A stretch of 64,000 nt of DNA from the human T2T-CHM13v2.0 reference genome, Homo sapiens, in NCBI RefSeq assembly GCF_009914755.1, contig NC_060937.1; one strand, 5' to 3'. The notes beneath the pieces were generated by a model. The model searched no databases and was not told the DNA's origin. It worked only from the letters and a program-made list of their open reading frames with translations. The position numbers and the translations under genes are program-made. Positions 1 to 15,607 of the stretch are shown here, one piece after another; positions within the stretch are counted from its first letter, which is position 1; every line of letters starts with the position of its first letter.

Positions 1-246
<246 letters not shown>

Positions 247-825
247 TCAAGTTCAAAATATATCAAATATGCAAAGTTTAATGCTAAGAACTACTGTATG
301 ATATCAGAACATCAAAATAAGGAGGAAGTCGAGGAATCAAAGACTGAACAAGTGCTGGAATCTTTGCAACATTCTCTCTGAGTTCCTTAATGAGGTGGTC
401 TTAACTGGTGCTTGCAGAAAGGTGAAATTCTGCTGCATTGAGGCCCCCACAGCATGTGAGCCCACTGGGAATAGTGGCCTGCTGAGATGAGACCAGGGAA
501 GGACCAGGGGCCTAGGAGAGGGAACTCTGTGGTATTGCATAACACTGTATTTTTGGAAGCTCTCCTTGTAAAAGCTCTGAATTGGCTCTAAACACGAGAA
601 AGATAAGCTTCCCTACTAAATTCTGGAGTCTCAGAAGAGGATTTAGGGAGATGAAACCATCAAGAATGCCTTGATGACCTTTGTTGACGACCATGTGATC
701 TTTTCACTTTAGGACAACTTCACATGTTCTTAGGAGGAAGCTTTGGATAATATTTTTCACTTTCCATAACCAGAAATTTCTAGACCCCCAAGGTTCCTTT
801 CAAGAATGTCATGTATCTCCCCTAC

Positions 826-1002
<177 letters not shown>

Positions 1003-1099
1003 TAGTATAAAAAAGAAATAAACAATATTCTGCTTTTCAGTTAAACAGAAGTTTGAGACATAAAAATAATTAGAGGGTTAATCCATGATCTATTTCCAA

Positions 1100-1465
1100 A
1101 CTTTTCCCTTGCCTTCCTTAATGGAAGGTTGCAGGGTGGTCCTTTGATAGTTTTGGCCAATGATACATCGGCGGGAGTCTGCTAGGGACTTCTGGGAAAC
1201 GTCTGGCTCTCCTGGTTAAATGGATGGATAAGGCTGATGCTGTCCTCAACCCCCTTCTTCCTGCCTTAAATGCAAACTTGACATCTAAAACAGAGGTAGC
1301 CATTGTGTGATGATGAGAAGAAGGCCTGGAGAATTGCCAAGACAGTGACCAGGACATCACCAACCTGCTGGTTCTAGGTTGTCTATCTCCAGAAATTTTG
1401 CTATGTAAGGAAAATAACCCACCATCTGCTAAAACTACGGTGACTTGGATTTCCATTTACAACAA
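1100..1465 (+). mobile_element. Old MaLR LTR (MLT1J-like)
   Basis: Degenerate MLT1 motifs TGGCCAATGA, GGGACTTCTGGGAA, CTTCCTGCCTT, GCCATTGTGTGA; ends approximate. Confidence 0.7.
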
Positions 1466-2039
1466 TTCAGGATTTTCATAGGCTTCACATGAAGAAAATA
1501 GCTTTGTCATTAGTTTTTGCCAACAATATGTAGCATTTAATTAAAAATCAAAATATTTCCTAGCCATTAATATCAGTATAGAAATAGGCTGATATAAAGG
1601 CACCTTAAAGCTTTTGGCAGTCACTGAAATCCAACCACAAAAGGAAAACAAAATCATTTCATTTGCTTCTAAATTGTTTGATTTATTGATTTTTTCCCCA
1701 AGTATATTTATAATTAATTTAGGGTTTCTAGAGTTTGATATATTGATTCTTGTGCTGTTACTCTTATTGAAACTTCATGCCAACTAGTGGTATGAAAAAT
1801 TCCTGTAATATAAATACCCTCTGAATCTAGTGAAACTTTGCTTTCTCTCAGATTGAAGTAATCTTGGAATCTGTTTAATCTACTTAATAATTCCCTGCTC
1901 TATTTCATAGAAGCCAAAATGCCTCAGGCCCAAGTAAAACACAAGGTTAAGGCAATTTTCTAATAACTTGAGGCAAAAGATGGAAAATTGGCCTCCTCTA
2001 AGGCTATTTCTAGAAGGAAACCCAGCAGGTCTTAGATGC

Positions 2040-2156
2040 TTGCTTCTTGAAATGTGAGTCCTGAGTCAGTGGCATTGGATAGATTACCTGGGAGCTTGTT
2101 TAAAAAACAGAGTCTCGGGCCCCACTCCAGGCCTACAGAGTCAGAATGTGCATTTG
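2040..2156. mobile_element. MER5A-like hAT MITE fragment
   Basis: ACCTGGGAGCTTGTT...TCTCGGGCCCCAC...CCTAC...TCAGAAT..GCATTT. Confidence 0.7.
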
Positions 2157-2555
2157 GGCACCAGCTGCAGGGAACAGTGTGCACGGCAAAGTGAGAGACG
2201 CAATGCCCAGAGTTCCTTAGCCTTGTCTTCATCACCACCATCTGGTAAAGGTGGACGATGGCCCCTCTGCAGCCAGGCAGGAGCCGATTGGCAATGGCTT
2301 GGTCCATCCACTGATGAGAACATGTGATGACAAGCGGTGAGGCAGAAAAGAATGGAAAGAAGCCTGTTCTTGGGGCTTGGAGATGGCCTCTCCATCCCAA
2401 CCCTGTGTTGCTGCTGTTCTATCCACTGGGAGGTGGCCTGATAGAGCAGCATTCTATACGGTGATATTTCTCAAGCTGTGGGCTGCATGTTTTCTCAGGG
2501 GCCTGGAGTCTTCTTTTTTTTGTGGGGGGCAGGTAATATTATATTTTAATTTCAG

Positions 2556-2774
2556 TGATAATCTTAAAAAAGAATTAATATTATTAGAATCACATGGAAC
2601 CCTGAGTACATCCACACAATACTTGTACTTCAAAGAGGATGCTATATGGGCCAACATTTTGCAGGAGTTTGAAAAGAGGAAAGTGCTGAGAGTTCATCTT
2701 CATTCACTAATCCCATGGTCAAAGTTTTACATTCAAAAGAATCTGCTCCACTGCAGTTGGTGCATATTCCTCCT
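2556..2774 (+). other. Candidate 219-nt exon with open reading frame (unverified)
   Basis: TTTTAATTTCAG acceptor, CCT|GTAAGC donor, symmetric phase 2/2, open frame DNLKKELILLESHG...WCIFL; no protein recognised. Confidence 0.2.
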
Positions 2775-3092
2775 GTAAGCAGAGCCCGTCATTATCTGTA
2801 GCGACTTGCAAAAATTCATTAGCAGCAAGCATAATGGTAAATCTACAATAAAGCATTTTTCTGTTTCTTATTCAAGCAGTGATTAGATTTGCTATCCATG
2901 TAATGCACATTTCAATTGCATCGTGATGTTAACTTTATCTTCAAGAATACAAGACTGTTTTACTAAACTACTTCTAAAATTTGACATTCATGGATTTCTT
3001 ACTGACTGTTTTGCTTATGTATGAAGTGAAATTTTATTGAACTAGAAAACCAGTCTGAAAATGTTAATATTGTCTTGAAAAAGTATTCTTAG

Positions 3093-3422
<330 letters not shown>

Positions 3423-3970
3423 GTATTAGTATTATTGAAGTCACATTAGTACTACTGAAGTCACAAAAAGGAAAACAAATATAAGACCCTGTCTTAAAAA
3501 AAAAAAAAAAAGCTGAGTTCCTTTGGCATATTTTGTTTTCAATCTGAAATTATGCTGTTCTGACTCACCATTTCCAAGAGTTTACATGGAGGCATTTGGA
3601 TTGTGTATATCTGCATAGAGGATTCAGCAGGAACATGGTTTTTGTGCTGTATGTTTCTCCAAAACACAAAATGGCCACACAGTTTCAAATTATTACAGCC
3701 AGTGTTATAGAAAGACAATTACTACTTCATTAATACACACCCGTCTTTCCTCATCCACCTTGACCTTCCTGGTCAATCAGTTTGCCCATTTATTTTTTCA
3801 TTGCCTAGAAGTCTCTTTAAGTTAGAACATGAGTAGTTTGTGAGAATAATGTCTACATAGTAGTTTGATGTCCTCATTATCCTAGATGGGGTTCTCTTCA
3901 CACTAAGGATTAAAAATATGTCATACTCAAGCAATGTCCCCAGTGGTCGTTTCTTCCTTTCATTGCGGGG

Positions 3971-4335
3971 TGATATGGTCTGGCTCTGTGTCCCCACTCA
4001 AATCTCATCTTGTAACTCCCATAATTCCCACGTGTTGTGGGAGGGACCTTGTGGGAGATAATTGAATCAGGTGGTGCGTCTTTCCCGTGCTGTTCTCATG
4101 ATAGTGAATGGGTCTTACGAGATCTGATGGTTTCAAAAATGGGAGTTTCTCTGCACAAGCTCTCTCTTTGCCTGCTGCCATCCATGTAAGATGTGACTTA
4201 CTCTTCCTTGCCTTCCACCATGATTGTGAGGCCTCCCCAGCCATGTGGAACAGTAAGTCAAATAAACCTCTTCCTTTTGTAAACTGCCCAGTCTCGGGTA
4301 TGTCTTTAACAGCAGAGTGAAAACAGACTAATACA
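3971..4335 (+). mobile_element. THE1 solo LTR (THE1A-like, MaLR)
   Basis: TGATATGG...GACTAATACA termini, 365 bp, THE1 body CCACCATGATTGTGAGGCCTCCCCAGCCATGTGGAAC. Confidence 0.93.
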
Positions 4336-5113
4336 CAGCGTGACTGGTATCTTGACTTTTCGCAAATTTTGCTACCATGCCTGAGATATCATGCCACACA
4401 CATTGTCATGAGTTTTTGGTCCTAACCCAAAGCATAAAAACAATTCTGTATTAAGAGTGAGATTTGTGGCACTATTTTATAGATGGACGAACTGAAACTT
4501 GACCAGAAATTTAGTCAATGTTCGAGTTCCATATAGAAGAGGTATTTTGCAGACAGGCCACAAAAGAATAAATAACATAACACAAGTTTTACCAACACTA
4601 CTGAGAATATTGGTGAAAATGAAGATTCAATAGGAGTCACATTTAAGAATTCTGTTAACTCAGAAATGGGACTTTCCCAGACTATCCTGTGTGACCAGAT
4701 GACTGCTCCCTCTGCTACCCTGGAATGCCCCCACAGAGCAGAGAGGAGAAATGCAAATGTAAAGTTTAATTAAAAATAGCTCCTCAAGAGGTAGATCAAC
4801 CCTGTTGTTTAATTAAATTGCAGACATTTTGGAAAACAGAATACTTAAGGGCTATATCTTATTTCTCAGGCATCCTTTGTCTGATTTTGGACTCTCCCCA
4901 ACACAATCCAAAGCTAGCCAGATAGTGGATGTCTTTTTTCTCCCCAAGGAGACTACTCAGTGTTCCACAATTCCATTTACTACTCCTTTTCCAGGCCTTG
5001 AGAAACAAGGATTGGGTAGTATTTTCCTCTCCATTCTCTTTTATGTGGCTTCTTCTAGATCTTTGGCACATTTGGGAATGACATCAAAATCTAGCCTTAA
5101 AAAGGCAGATCTG

Positions 5114-5449
<336 letters not shown>

Positions 5450-5497
5450 CCAGGGTCATTTTGCAGATGTGGAAAGAAAGACAACGGTGGCATTTTC

Positions 5498-7250
5498 TTT
5501 CTTTTTTTTTTTTACTTTATTATTTTATTTTATTTTATTTTTAATTTTTATTTATTTATTTATTTTTTTATTGATCATTCTTGGGTGTTTCTCGAAGAGG
5601 GGGATTTGGCAGGGTCATAGGACAATAGTGGAGGGAAGGTCAGCAGATAAACAAGTGAACAAAGGTCTCTGGTTTTCCTAGGCAGAGGACCCTGAGGCCT
5701 TCTGCAGTGTTTGTGTCCCTGGGTACTTGAGATTAGGGAGTGGTGATGACTCTTAACGAGCATGCTGCCTTCAAGCATCTGTTTAACAAAGCACATCTTG
5801 CACCGCCCTTAATCCATTTAACCCTGAGTGGACACAGCACATGTTTCAGAGAGCACAGGGTTGGGGGTAAGGTCACAGATCAACAGGATCCCAAGGCAGA
5901 AGAATTTTTCTTAGTACAGAACAAAATGAAAAGTCTTCCATGTCTACTTCTTTCTACACAGACACGGCAACCATCCGATTTCTCAGTCTTTTCCCCACCT
6001 TTCCCCCCTTTCTATTCCACAAAACTGCCACTGTCATCATGGCCCGTTCTCAATGAGCCGCTGGGCACACCTCCCAGACGGGGTGGTGGCCGGGCAGAGG
6101 GGCTCCTCACTTCCCAGTAGGGGCGGCCGGGCAGAGGCGCCCGGGCAGAGGCGCCCCTCACCTCCCGGACGGGGCAGCTGGCCGGGCGGGGGGCTGACCA
6201 CCCCCTCACCTCCCTCCCGGACGGGGCGGCTGGCCGGGCAGAGGAGCTCCTCACTTCCCAGTAGGGGCGGCCGGGCAGAGGCGCCCCTCACCTCCCGGAC
6301 GGGGCGGCTGGCCGGGCGGGGGGCTGACCCCCCCACCTCCCTCCCGGACAGGGCGGCTGTCGGGCGGAGACGCTCCTCACTTCCCAGACGGGGTGGCTGC
6401 CGGGCGGAGGGGCTTCTCACTTCTCAGATGGGGCGGCTTCGGGGTGGAGGGGCTCCTCACTTCTCAGATGGGGCGGCCGGGCAGAGACGCTCCTCACCTC
6501 CCAGACGGGGTCGCGGCCAGGCAGAGGCGCTCCTCACATCCCAGACCGGGTGGCGGGGCAGAGGCGCTCCCCACATCTCAGACGATGGGCGGCCGGGCAG
6601 AGACGCTCCTCACTTCCTAGATGGGATGGCGGCCGGGAAGAGGCGCTCCTCACTTCCTAGATGGGATGGCGGCCGGGCAGAGACGCTCCTCAATTTCCAG
6701 ACTGGGCAGCCAGGCAGAGGGGCTCCTCACATCCCAGACGATGGGCGGCCAGGCAGAGACGCTCCTCACTTCCCAGACGGGGTGGCGGCCGGGCAGAGGC
6801 TGCAATCTCAGCACTTTGGGAGGCCAAGGCAGGCGTCTGGGAGGTGGAGGTTGTAGTGAGCCGAGATCACGCCACTGCACTCCAGCCTGGGCACCATTGG
6901 CCACCGAGTGAACGAGACTCCGTCTGCAATCCCGGCACCTCGGGAGGCCGAGGCTGGCGGATCACTCGCGGTTAGGAGCTGGAGACCAGCCTGGCCAACA
7001 CAGCAAAACCCCGTCTCCACCAAAAAAATACGAAAACCAGTCAGGCGTGGTGGCGCGCGCCTGCAATCGCAGGCACTCGGCAGGCTGAGGCAGGAGAATC
7101 AGGCAGGGAGATTGCAGTGAGCCGAGATGGCGGCAGTACAGTCCAGCTTCGGCTCGGCATCAGAGGGAGACCGTGGAAAGAGAGGGAGACCGTGGGGTGA
7201 GGGAGACGGAGAGGGAGAGGGAGAGGGAGGGGGAGGGAGAGGGGGAGGGG
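5498..7250 (-). mobile_element. SVA retrotransposon, full structure (probably SVA_C/D)
   Basis: On +: patterned poly-T tail, SINE-R (about 5570-6060), GC-rich VNTR (about 6060-6800), Alu-like domain (about 6800-7170), degenerate (AGAGGG)n hexamer head; TSD GGCATTTTC at 5489-5497 and 7251-7259. Confidence 0.97.
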
Positions 7251-7420
7251 GGCATTTTCAAATCCTTGCTTTTGATGTTTCCACCCTTACCATCATGACA
7301 CTGAGGCAGGCTGAATCCAAAAAGTTAGTCTGTCCTTCTGAATTTAGCAGCACCCTGAGAATTCTTCCTGCTCTCCAGGAGGACCGTTATGCTATCTGGT
7401 GATGACTTCCTATTATCTTA

Positions 7421-7731
<311 letters not shown>

Positions 7732-7749
7732 AAGATTGTGGCATTGTTA

Positions 7750-8356
7750 GTCAAAATATGGAGTCAACCTAAATGTCTATCAGTGGATGAATGGATAAAG
7801 AAATTGTGATACATAAACACAATGGAATATTATTCAGCCCCCAAATGGGGGAAATCCTGTCGTTTGGAACAACACGGAGGAATCTGAAGGACATTGTGCT
7901 TAGTGAAATAAGCCAAGCACAGAAAGACAAATACCACATAATCTCACTTATATGCAGAATATAACAAGGTTGAACTCACAGAAGTAGAGAGTAGAATGGT
8001 GGTTACCAGAGGCTGGGGATGGTGTGTGGGGAGGCCGTGAATGGAGAGTTGTTGATTTAAGAGTACAAAGTTTCTTTGTAGACAGGAAAAATAGGTTTTG
8101 AGATCTATTGCCTAGCAGGGTGACTATAGTCAATATTAACGTATGTATATTTCAAAATAACTAAGAATAAATTTCAAATGTCTCACCATAAAAAATGATA
8201 GGCAAATTTTTTTAAATGATAGGCAAGTGAGATGATGGATATGTTAATTATCTTGATTTAATAATTCCTTATTGAATACATATATCAAAACATCACATTG
8301 TACCCCATAAATATACAATTATGATTTTTCAATTGAAAATAATATTAATAATAAAA
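7750..8356 (+). mobile_element. L1 3' end (L1MA-type), 5'-truncated
   Basis: CAACCTAAATGTC...GATGAATGGATAAAGAAA, AGTGAAATAAGCCA, L1MA 3'UTR, A-rich end. Confidence 0.9.
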
Positions 8357-9676
8357 AAGACTGTGAAATTATTGAGTGCAAAGGACTTAGAGCTCATCTA
8401 GACCATGTGTTTTTCAGAAGTGGAAAATGAGACTCTCTGCTTTGAAGTGCCTGCCCGAGTTTGCGGTGGCATGGAATCAGAGTCCAGGTCCTTTACTCCT
8501 CTTCCAAAGCGCTTCCATCTTGTGACTTGAAAAAGTTGAGTGCCACTGAAGAGACTGGGATCTGGTGTTAGCCGTACAACAGGGAAAGAGGGGACACAGG
8601 AGGCAGATGCTGAGTTACAGACAATTGGAAGAATGGGAAACAAAGTTAGAACCCGCACTTTCACCTATTGAGGACCAGATTTTTCCCACACCTCCAGCAA
8701 GTCTCTGCACCTACTACTGAGGAAGGTGGGGAAGGGAGTCAGCAGCATGCATCCCTAAGGTACAGCCCCGAGGGGCTGGGAAATGGAATCCATGCTGCAT
8801 GGTGGGGGAGAGACCAGGGAAAGATTGTCAGCATGGAAGACCCTTGAAGAAGCCAGACTCAGGGGCTCCATTTGAGGCCTGACAAAGTAAGGCTGGAAGT
8901 GCCTGAATAAGACTCGGAGCAGCCAATGACAAATTTTCCTCTCACATTTTGGTCTAGTGCAGGCCCTATTAGAATCATATAATGGAGACTCAGACTGGTG
9001 ATCTCAGGGTCCAAATAAGAGCCATGCTGAACACAGAATTCTTCCTGGATGTTTAACACCTTGATATTGTAACACACATTGTGGTCCATCTTCTCTTGTG
9101 GATATGTGAAAATTTTCACTATCTTCCTACAAAATAGTTTAGCTGTATGGATCTCAATTTATAGACAGAAAAAAAGGAAAAAAATAAAAAGATCAAAGTG
9201 GCAAAACAACTTGCCCAAGAACAGAAAATGCTAAAAGCCAATCATGGTCTAGGATTCACAGATATCAAGTTCTTCAATCTAGGATCCTATCCATGAATAA
9301 GCCATGGTTTCCAGTGTAATCCAAAAATTGTAACATACTCTGTTCCACTGTTATTGTTTGTGTTACAAAATTAGGATTTTAAAGTATTTTGTAGCATCTG
9401 AGCTAAGGCATGTCTTATAATTCAGATTCTTTTTTTCTTTCTTTAACCTATGTCCCGATTGCCCTGAGAATACAATACTGGCAGCAAGCTGCACTTTGTT
9501 TTTCTAAACAGGAAATGGGTTAAACGTCCAACCTATCTTCCTGTCTCACTGGCTGCCACTTTCAGTCAGCTTTGCCAACTCCTCCTTCTCTTCAAGCCTC
9601 TAAGTGTTGGCCATTCAGAGCACTAGCTATATTCTCTCCCTAGGTGATCTCATCCTGTCTCATGACTTTATAAATT

Positions 9677-10094
9677 CTCTTGGTCCATTTTGTGTTGCTA
9701 GGAAGGAACACCTAAGGCTGGGTAATGTGTATATAGAAAAAGGTTCATTTGGCCTATGATTCTGGGGGCTGGAGAGTTCGAGAATTGGCATCTGCATCTG
9801 GTGAGAACCTCAGGCTTTGTCTACTCATGGAGGAAGGTGAAGGGGAGCTGGTGTGTGTAGCAATCACTTGGGGAGAGAGGAGGAAAGAGAGAGTAGGGCA
9901 GTGCCAGGCTCTTCTTAACAACTCTTGTGGGAACTAATGGAGTGAAAACTCACTGACCTCTGGGAGAGGGCGTTAATCTATTCATGAGGGATCTGCTCCC
10001 ATGACCCAAACACCTCTCACTAGGCCCCGCCTTCAACCTTGGTGATCAAACTTCAACATGAGGTTCAGAGGGGACAAACATCCAAACCATAGCT
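9677..10094 (-). mobile_element. MST-family MaLR LTR (MSTB/C-like)
   Basis: GGCTGGGTAAT, CCCATGACCCAAACACCTC, TCAACATGAG, ATCCAAACCATAGC. Confidence 0.85.
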
Positions 10095-10836
10095 TATGCC
10101 TATTGTATATCCAGGATCCCCAAATTTAGCTCTCCAGTCCTTATTTCCTTTCCAAACTCCAGACTTACACCCAACTTTCTACTCCATAGCTCCATGTGCA
10201 TGGCTCATAGGCCCTTCAAAGTTAACATGTTCCAAAAAGAACTCTTGGTTCCATAGCTACTTCATTCCCCACTCTCAAACCTACTCCTCCCCAATCTTCT
10301 CCCTCTTGATAAGCGGCACCACGACTCACCCACTTGCTACAAACCTAAAAGTCTTGCCTGAGTGTTCTTTTTCCTCACACACCCACATTCAGTCTGTCAT
10401 GAAATTCTGTCAGTTCTACCTTCAAAATACATTCATCATCGTGACCTCTTTCACCGCCTCCACCTCTACCACCCTAGCCCAAGTTCCTGTCATCTTCCAA
10501 CTGGGCTGACCTTTTTATGGTCTCCAGGAGAGCACTCATGACCTTAGCAATCATTACCCCATACCATATCCAGGGTGGCCAAATACTTAGATCATGTTAC
10601 TTCCCTACTCAAAAGCCTCCAATAACTTCCCATAGCCCTCAGCATAAAACCTCAGTATTATGGTGTCTCCAGCCCTAGTGATCTCCTTTCCCCTAGTGGG
10701 TAGCTCAACTGTGACATCTCCACTTCCCTCCAGTCACACTTGCCTTCTTGCTTGCCTCTCCCGTGGGGGTTCTTAGCCTCTTCTGTGCCATGGACCCCTT
10801 CAGCAGTCTGGTAAGCCCTATAGATCTCTCAGAAAG

Positions 10837-11511
<675 letters not shown>

Positions 11512-12859
11512 TAAAATTCATAAGATGACAAAGGATGAAATATAGTTACAGTATATTAAATTTACAATGAAATATGTATACATATGATGTATACAATGAA
11601 AAAGTTACAATGAAATTGTAAATATTTAAATATTAAAAACACATTTGTGTTACAGTAATGAATGTCCTTCTTTATCATCGTGTGAAAGAACAAGATCTAG
11701 CAGCAGCTCTAATAACTATCATAATTTGGAAGTTGTGATAAGCACGAAAGATACTTCCAGATACCTGTAACAACTGTAATGTGATGGGAGAGTATCTGTG
11801 ATTTTCATTGGTGTCAGAGTCACAGATGCTGCTAATATTACTGCAGCATGTTTGACTGCAGTAATTTACTGAAGTAAAAACTAAACTTCAGTTAGCAGTT
11901 AGTGAGAATAGAGAAGTAATTTTCTTCCCCATTTAAGTTCAGGGACCTCCTGATTTTATCCATGGACCCCAAGTTAAGACCCTCTGCTTAACATACCAAG
12001 CTCATTCCCACCTCTGGACGTTTAGACTTGCTATTCCCTCACTTGGAATGCTCTCCGTCTAGATCTCTGCATAGCTTATTCTTATCTTGCTCAAGCTTCT
12101 ATCCAAAGGGTGCCTTCCCTCACTACCTGTCCAAAGAAGCACCCCCATTCATCTGTCACGCTCCTTCCCTCCATCTGCTTCCTCTCCCCACCTTACTTAC
12201 CACTCTTTCAAGTCAGGCTGTTTTGGTGTTTTGTGTTTGTTTACTTGTTTACTGGATTCCTGAAGGTGAACTGCACTGTCTGCCTTGTTCTCCACAGCCC
12301 CCCAGCATCTAGAACTGTGCCTGGTACAAGAAAGCACTTAGCAAATATTTGGTGGGATGATGAATGGCTGTAAAAGGATTAAATGATTTAGACTTTTAGA
12401 TACTTGTAAGTATCTCTCCTGGGAAAAGATGTTTTGTTCCAAATTTCAGTCAAAAAAGGTATGTTTTCACAGGTTGTTAAAATTTTTCAAAATTAATATT
12501 TTTAATGGAAAATGTTCCATATTTTATAGTCTTATAGCTATGGGTCATGAACCAGCTTGGGCATGTGCCTCCCCCACCAGAGGACTGAGTGTTAGAGTCC
12601 CAGAAGGTTGGTGAACCTTTATCACAATGAGCAGTGTCTTGTTTTGACTACCTCACATGAAAGCATAACAGATTACTTCTAAAAATAGCTATTTTATTTT
12701 GAACTTGTTCTTTCCATTTTGAATATGGCCAATCCTGAAAAGGGATTTATTGAATTCACATTATACTTCTCTCAAAAGTAAATAGCATTAAAGAGCAAAC
12801 ACAGTGGTTTATCACATGACGTAGAGGCAAATTAATCCTTTATTGCAAGGTATAATTTA

Positions 12860-13100
12860 ATATTGGACACATTGTGTTTGAGGCACTGGGGGACTTCCTA
12901 GTGAGAGCTTGCTAGTCATTAAAAATGTGGGTCTGGAACTCAGGAAAGCAGACTCAGCTTCAGAGACAAATGGGTGTCATTGTTGCACATGTGGTACTGG
13001 AGCAATAGTGGTAGGTAGGATTTCTCAGGTGGAACATGTGGAATCAGAGACGGAGCCAAAGTCATCTCCTAAACAGCCCACAGAAGAGGAAAAAAAACAG
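12860..13100 (-). mobile_element. L2 fragment
   Basis: TTGGACACATTGTGTTTGAGG, GGTCTGGAACTCAGGA resemble antisense L2. Confidence 0.5.
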
Positions 13101-14798
13101 GAAGGAAGACTTGGAATCAGAAGTACCAAGTCATTCAAGTAGCTACCTAACCAAGTATAAGTTGACTTACTAGTCGCCTAAGGTATGTAATTCCTGACCA
13201 GCTCCTGAAGATAAGAAAGAAGAGAGAAAAGTAATACATGTACCATGACCTTTAAAAGAGAGAGAGAGAATTGGATAGAACATAAAACTGACAAACAACA
13301 TCTGAAAAAATGCGAATCATGCCTCATTCGCAAATTATCTTACAAAAGCAGACACCTAAATGGAAGAGTTGGCAAAATGTAGAGCTTGGTAAAGAAAGCC
13401 AGAGAAGAAATACTAGGGCAAACCTCAAGTGAATACAGGAATAGCACTGAGAGCTAAAAAGGAAAGTTTTTTTTTTTTTAAAAAAACAACTTATTAAATG
13501 CCAAACGGTAGATGTGTCCCTGCTGTACCAAGAAATGTTGGTGTTCCCAGGGCATCTGTGTTAAGTAACTGAAACAAAATGTTTTTCATTCAAACAACTG
13601 CATTTTGAACAGAAGACTGAAAACAAAGTAAAGCAAAAAGATTGTAATCCTGAAACAAACCGACATACATATTCTATGAATGTGTAGTAGCAAAACACAG
13701 AAGCAGGATAATCATTTAATTGCATTTATGCAAGTGCTTTGACTCTTCATTGTTGGCAAATAAATTGATAAGATTTTTAAATGGCAGAGAGGACAGATCT
13801 AGGAAGCATAATGCTTGTTCCTGATCAAAATGAGCTGATTGGAAAATTTTTCAAACATTTTCAAGCAAAACACTTGCATTTAATTCCGTTGAATCTGATG
13901 AAGTATGATTGACAGTGGACCAAGAGCCCCGACCACTGTGCTCCCCATCCCCTGATCAAGGCACCACCTTCTCTCACACTCATCTAAGTGGTCCCTGAGA
14001 AACCTCCAAGGAAACCCAGGGGTCTGTGCAGCACATTTGAAAACCACTCAATCAAAGAAAGAAGACACAGTGCGTGTAATACACAAGAACAAGAATTCAT
14101 GCCCAACGTTTTCTTAGTGACTTGATCCAACTTAAATGTATCCACTTACTAAGTGGAAGTGCTTTAAGCACCAGAAGGAAGTCAGCTTGGGACCCTGATT
14201 CTAGTTTCAGTATCTCGGCCGCAGCTGCCATCTATGCACACGTTCATTCTAAGCTAGATCTGAGCAATGGCAATGGTTGTAGCCACCCCAGCACACTGGC
14301 AGGTAGCAGTGGGGATGAGAAAGAGGTTTGTTGGGCGTTTCCTACTCATTTTCCAGAGAAGATGGGTGGGAAGTCAAGGAGGCAGGTTTCCAGGAGGTTA
14401 CTGCAGCTTAAGTTTTAGAATCCCTCCCACAAACTCAGTTAATGCGTATCACCAATCCAAAAAGCATTGAAGATTAGCTACTGTGCAAACACTTGAATGC
14501 CCTGGAATCTTATGGCTTATATATGAAAGAAATTTGGTAGAGGTTCTCCCGATCCTAAAAGTTTACATATGACCAATAACATGTTGTGAAGCCAAGAAAA
14601 CTTTTCTAATTATCAATAGTAATAAAAGACAATTTCCCCTCAATCATGCTAGAGGGAAGACTGAATTATTTATGATCGCTATAGGCATTGATAGTACAAA
14701 ATCATGGTAATGTAAATAAGTGTGCAGCCCCCAAAAATGTAATGAAAAGGCATTTAGGAAGATGTGCCTGGCAGTTTAGCAATAAAAATTATGACAAT

Positions 14799-15146
<348 letters not shown>

Positions 15147-15288
15147 TCAGCTTTTTATATTTTTAAATCTGTTGTGATTTCTTTTCTAATTCTAAAGAAA
15201 TCACTTTTGTACCTGACTTTGTATTAGGCATTTTGTACTCTTTTTTTTTCTTCTTCGTGTAGTCTTTTTTATTTAAGATGGTGCCAAA

Positions 15289-15607
<319 letters not shown>

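Noticed and set aside
6053-6856. Longest ORF (267 aa) and overlapping ORFs
   Set aside because: Antisense translation of the GC-rich SVA VNTR; repetitive and stop-poor by composition
12398-12415. Palindrome AGATACTT-GT-AAGTATCT / possible 6-nt micro-exon
   Set aside because: An 8-bp arm is expected by chance in 64 kb; poor polypyrimidine tract
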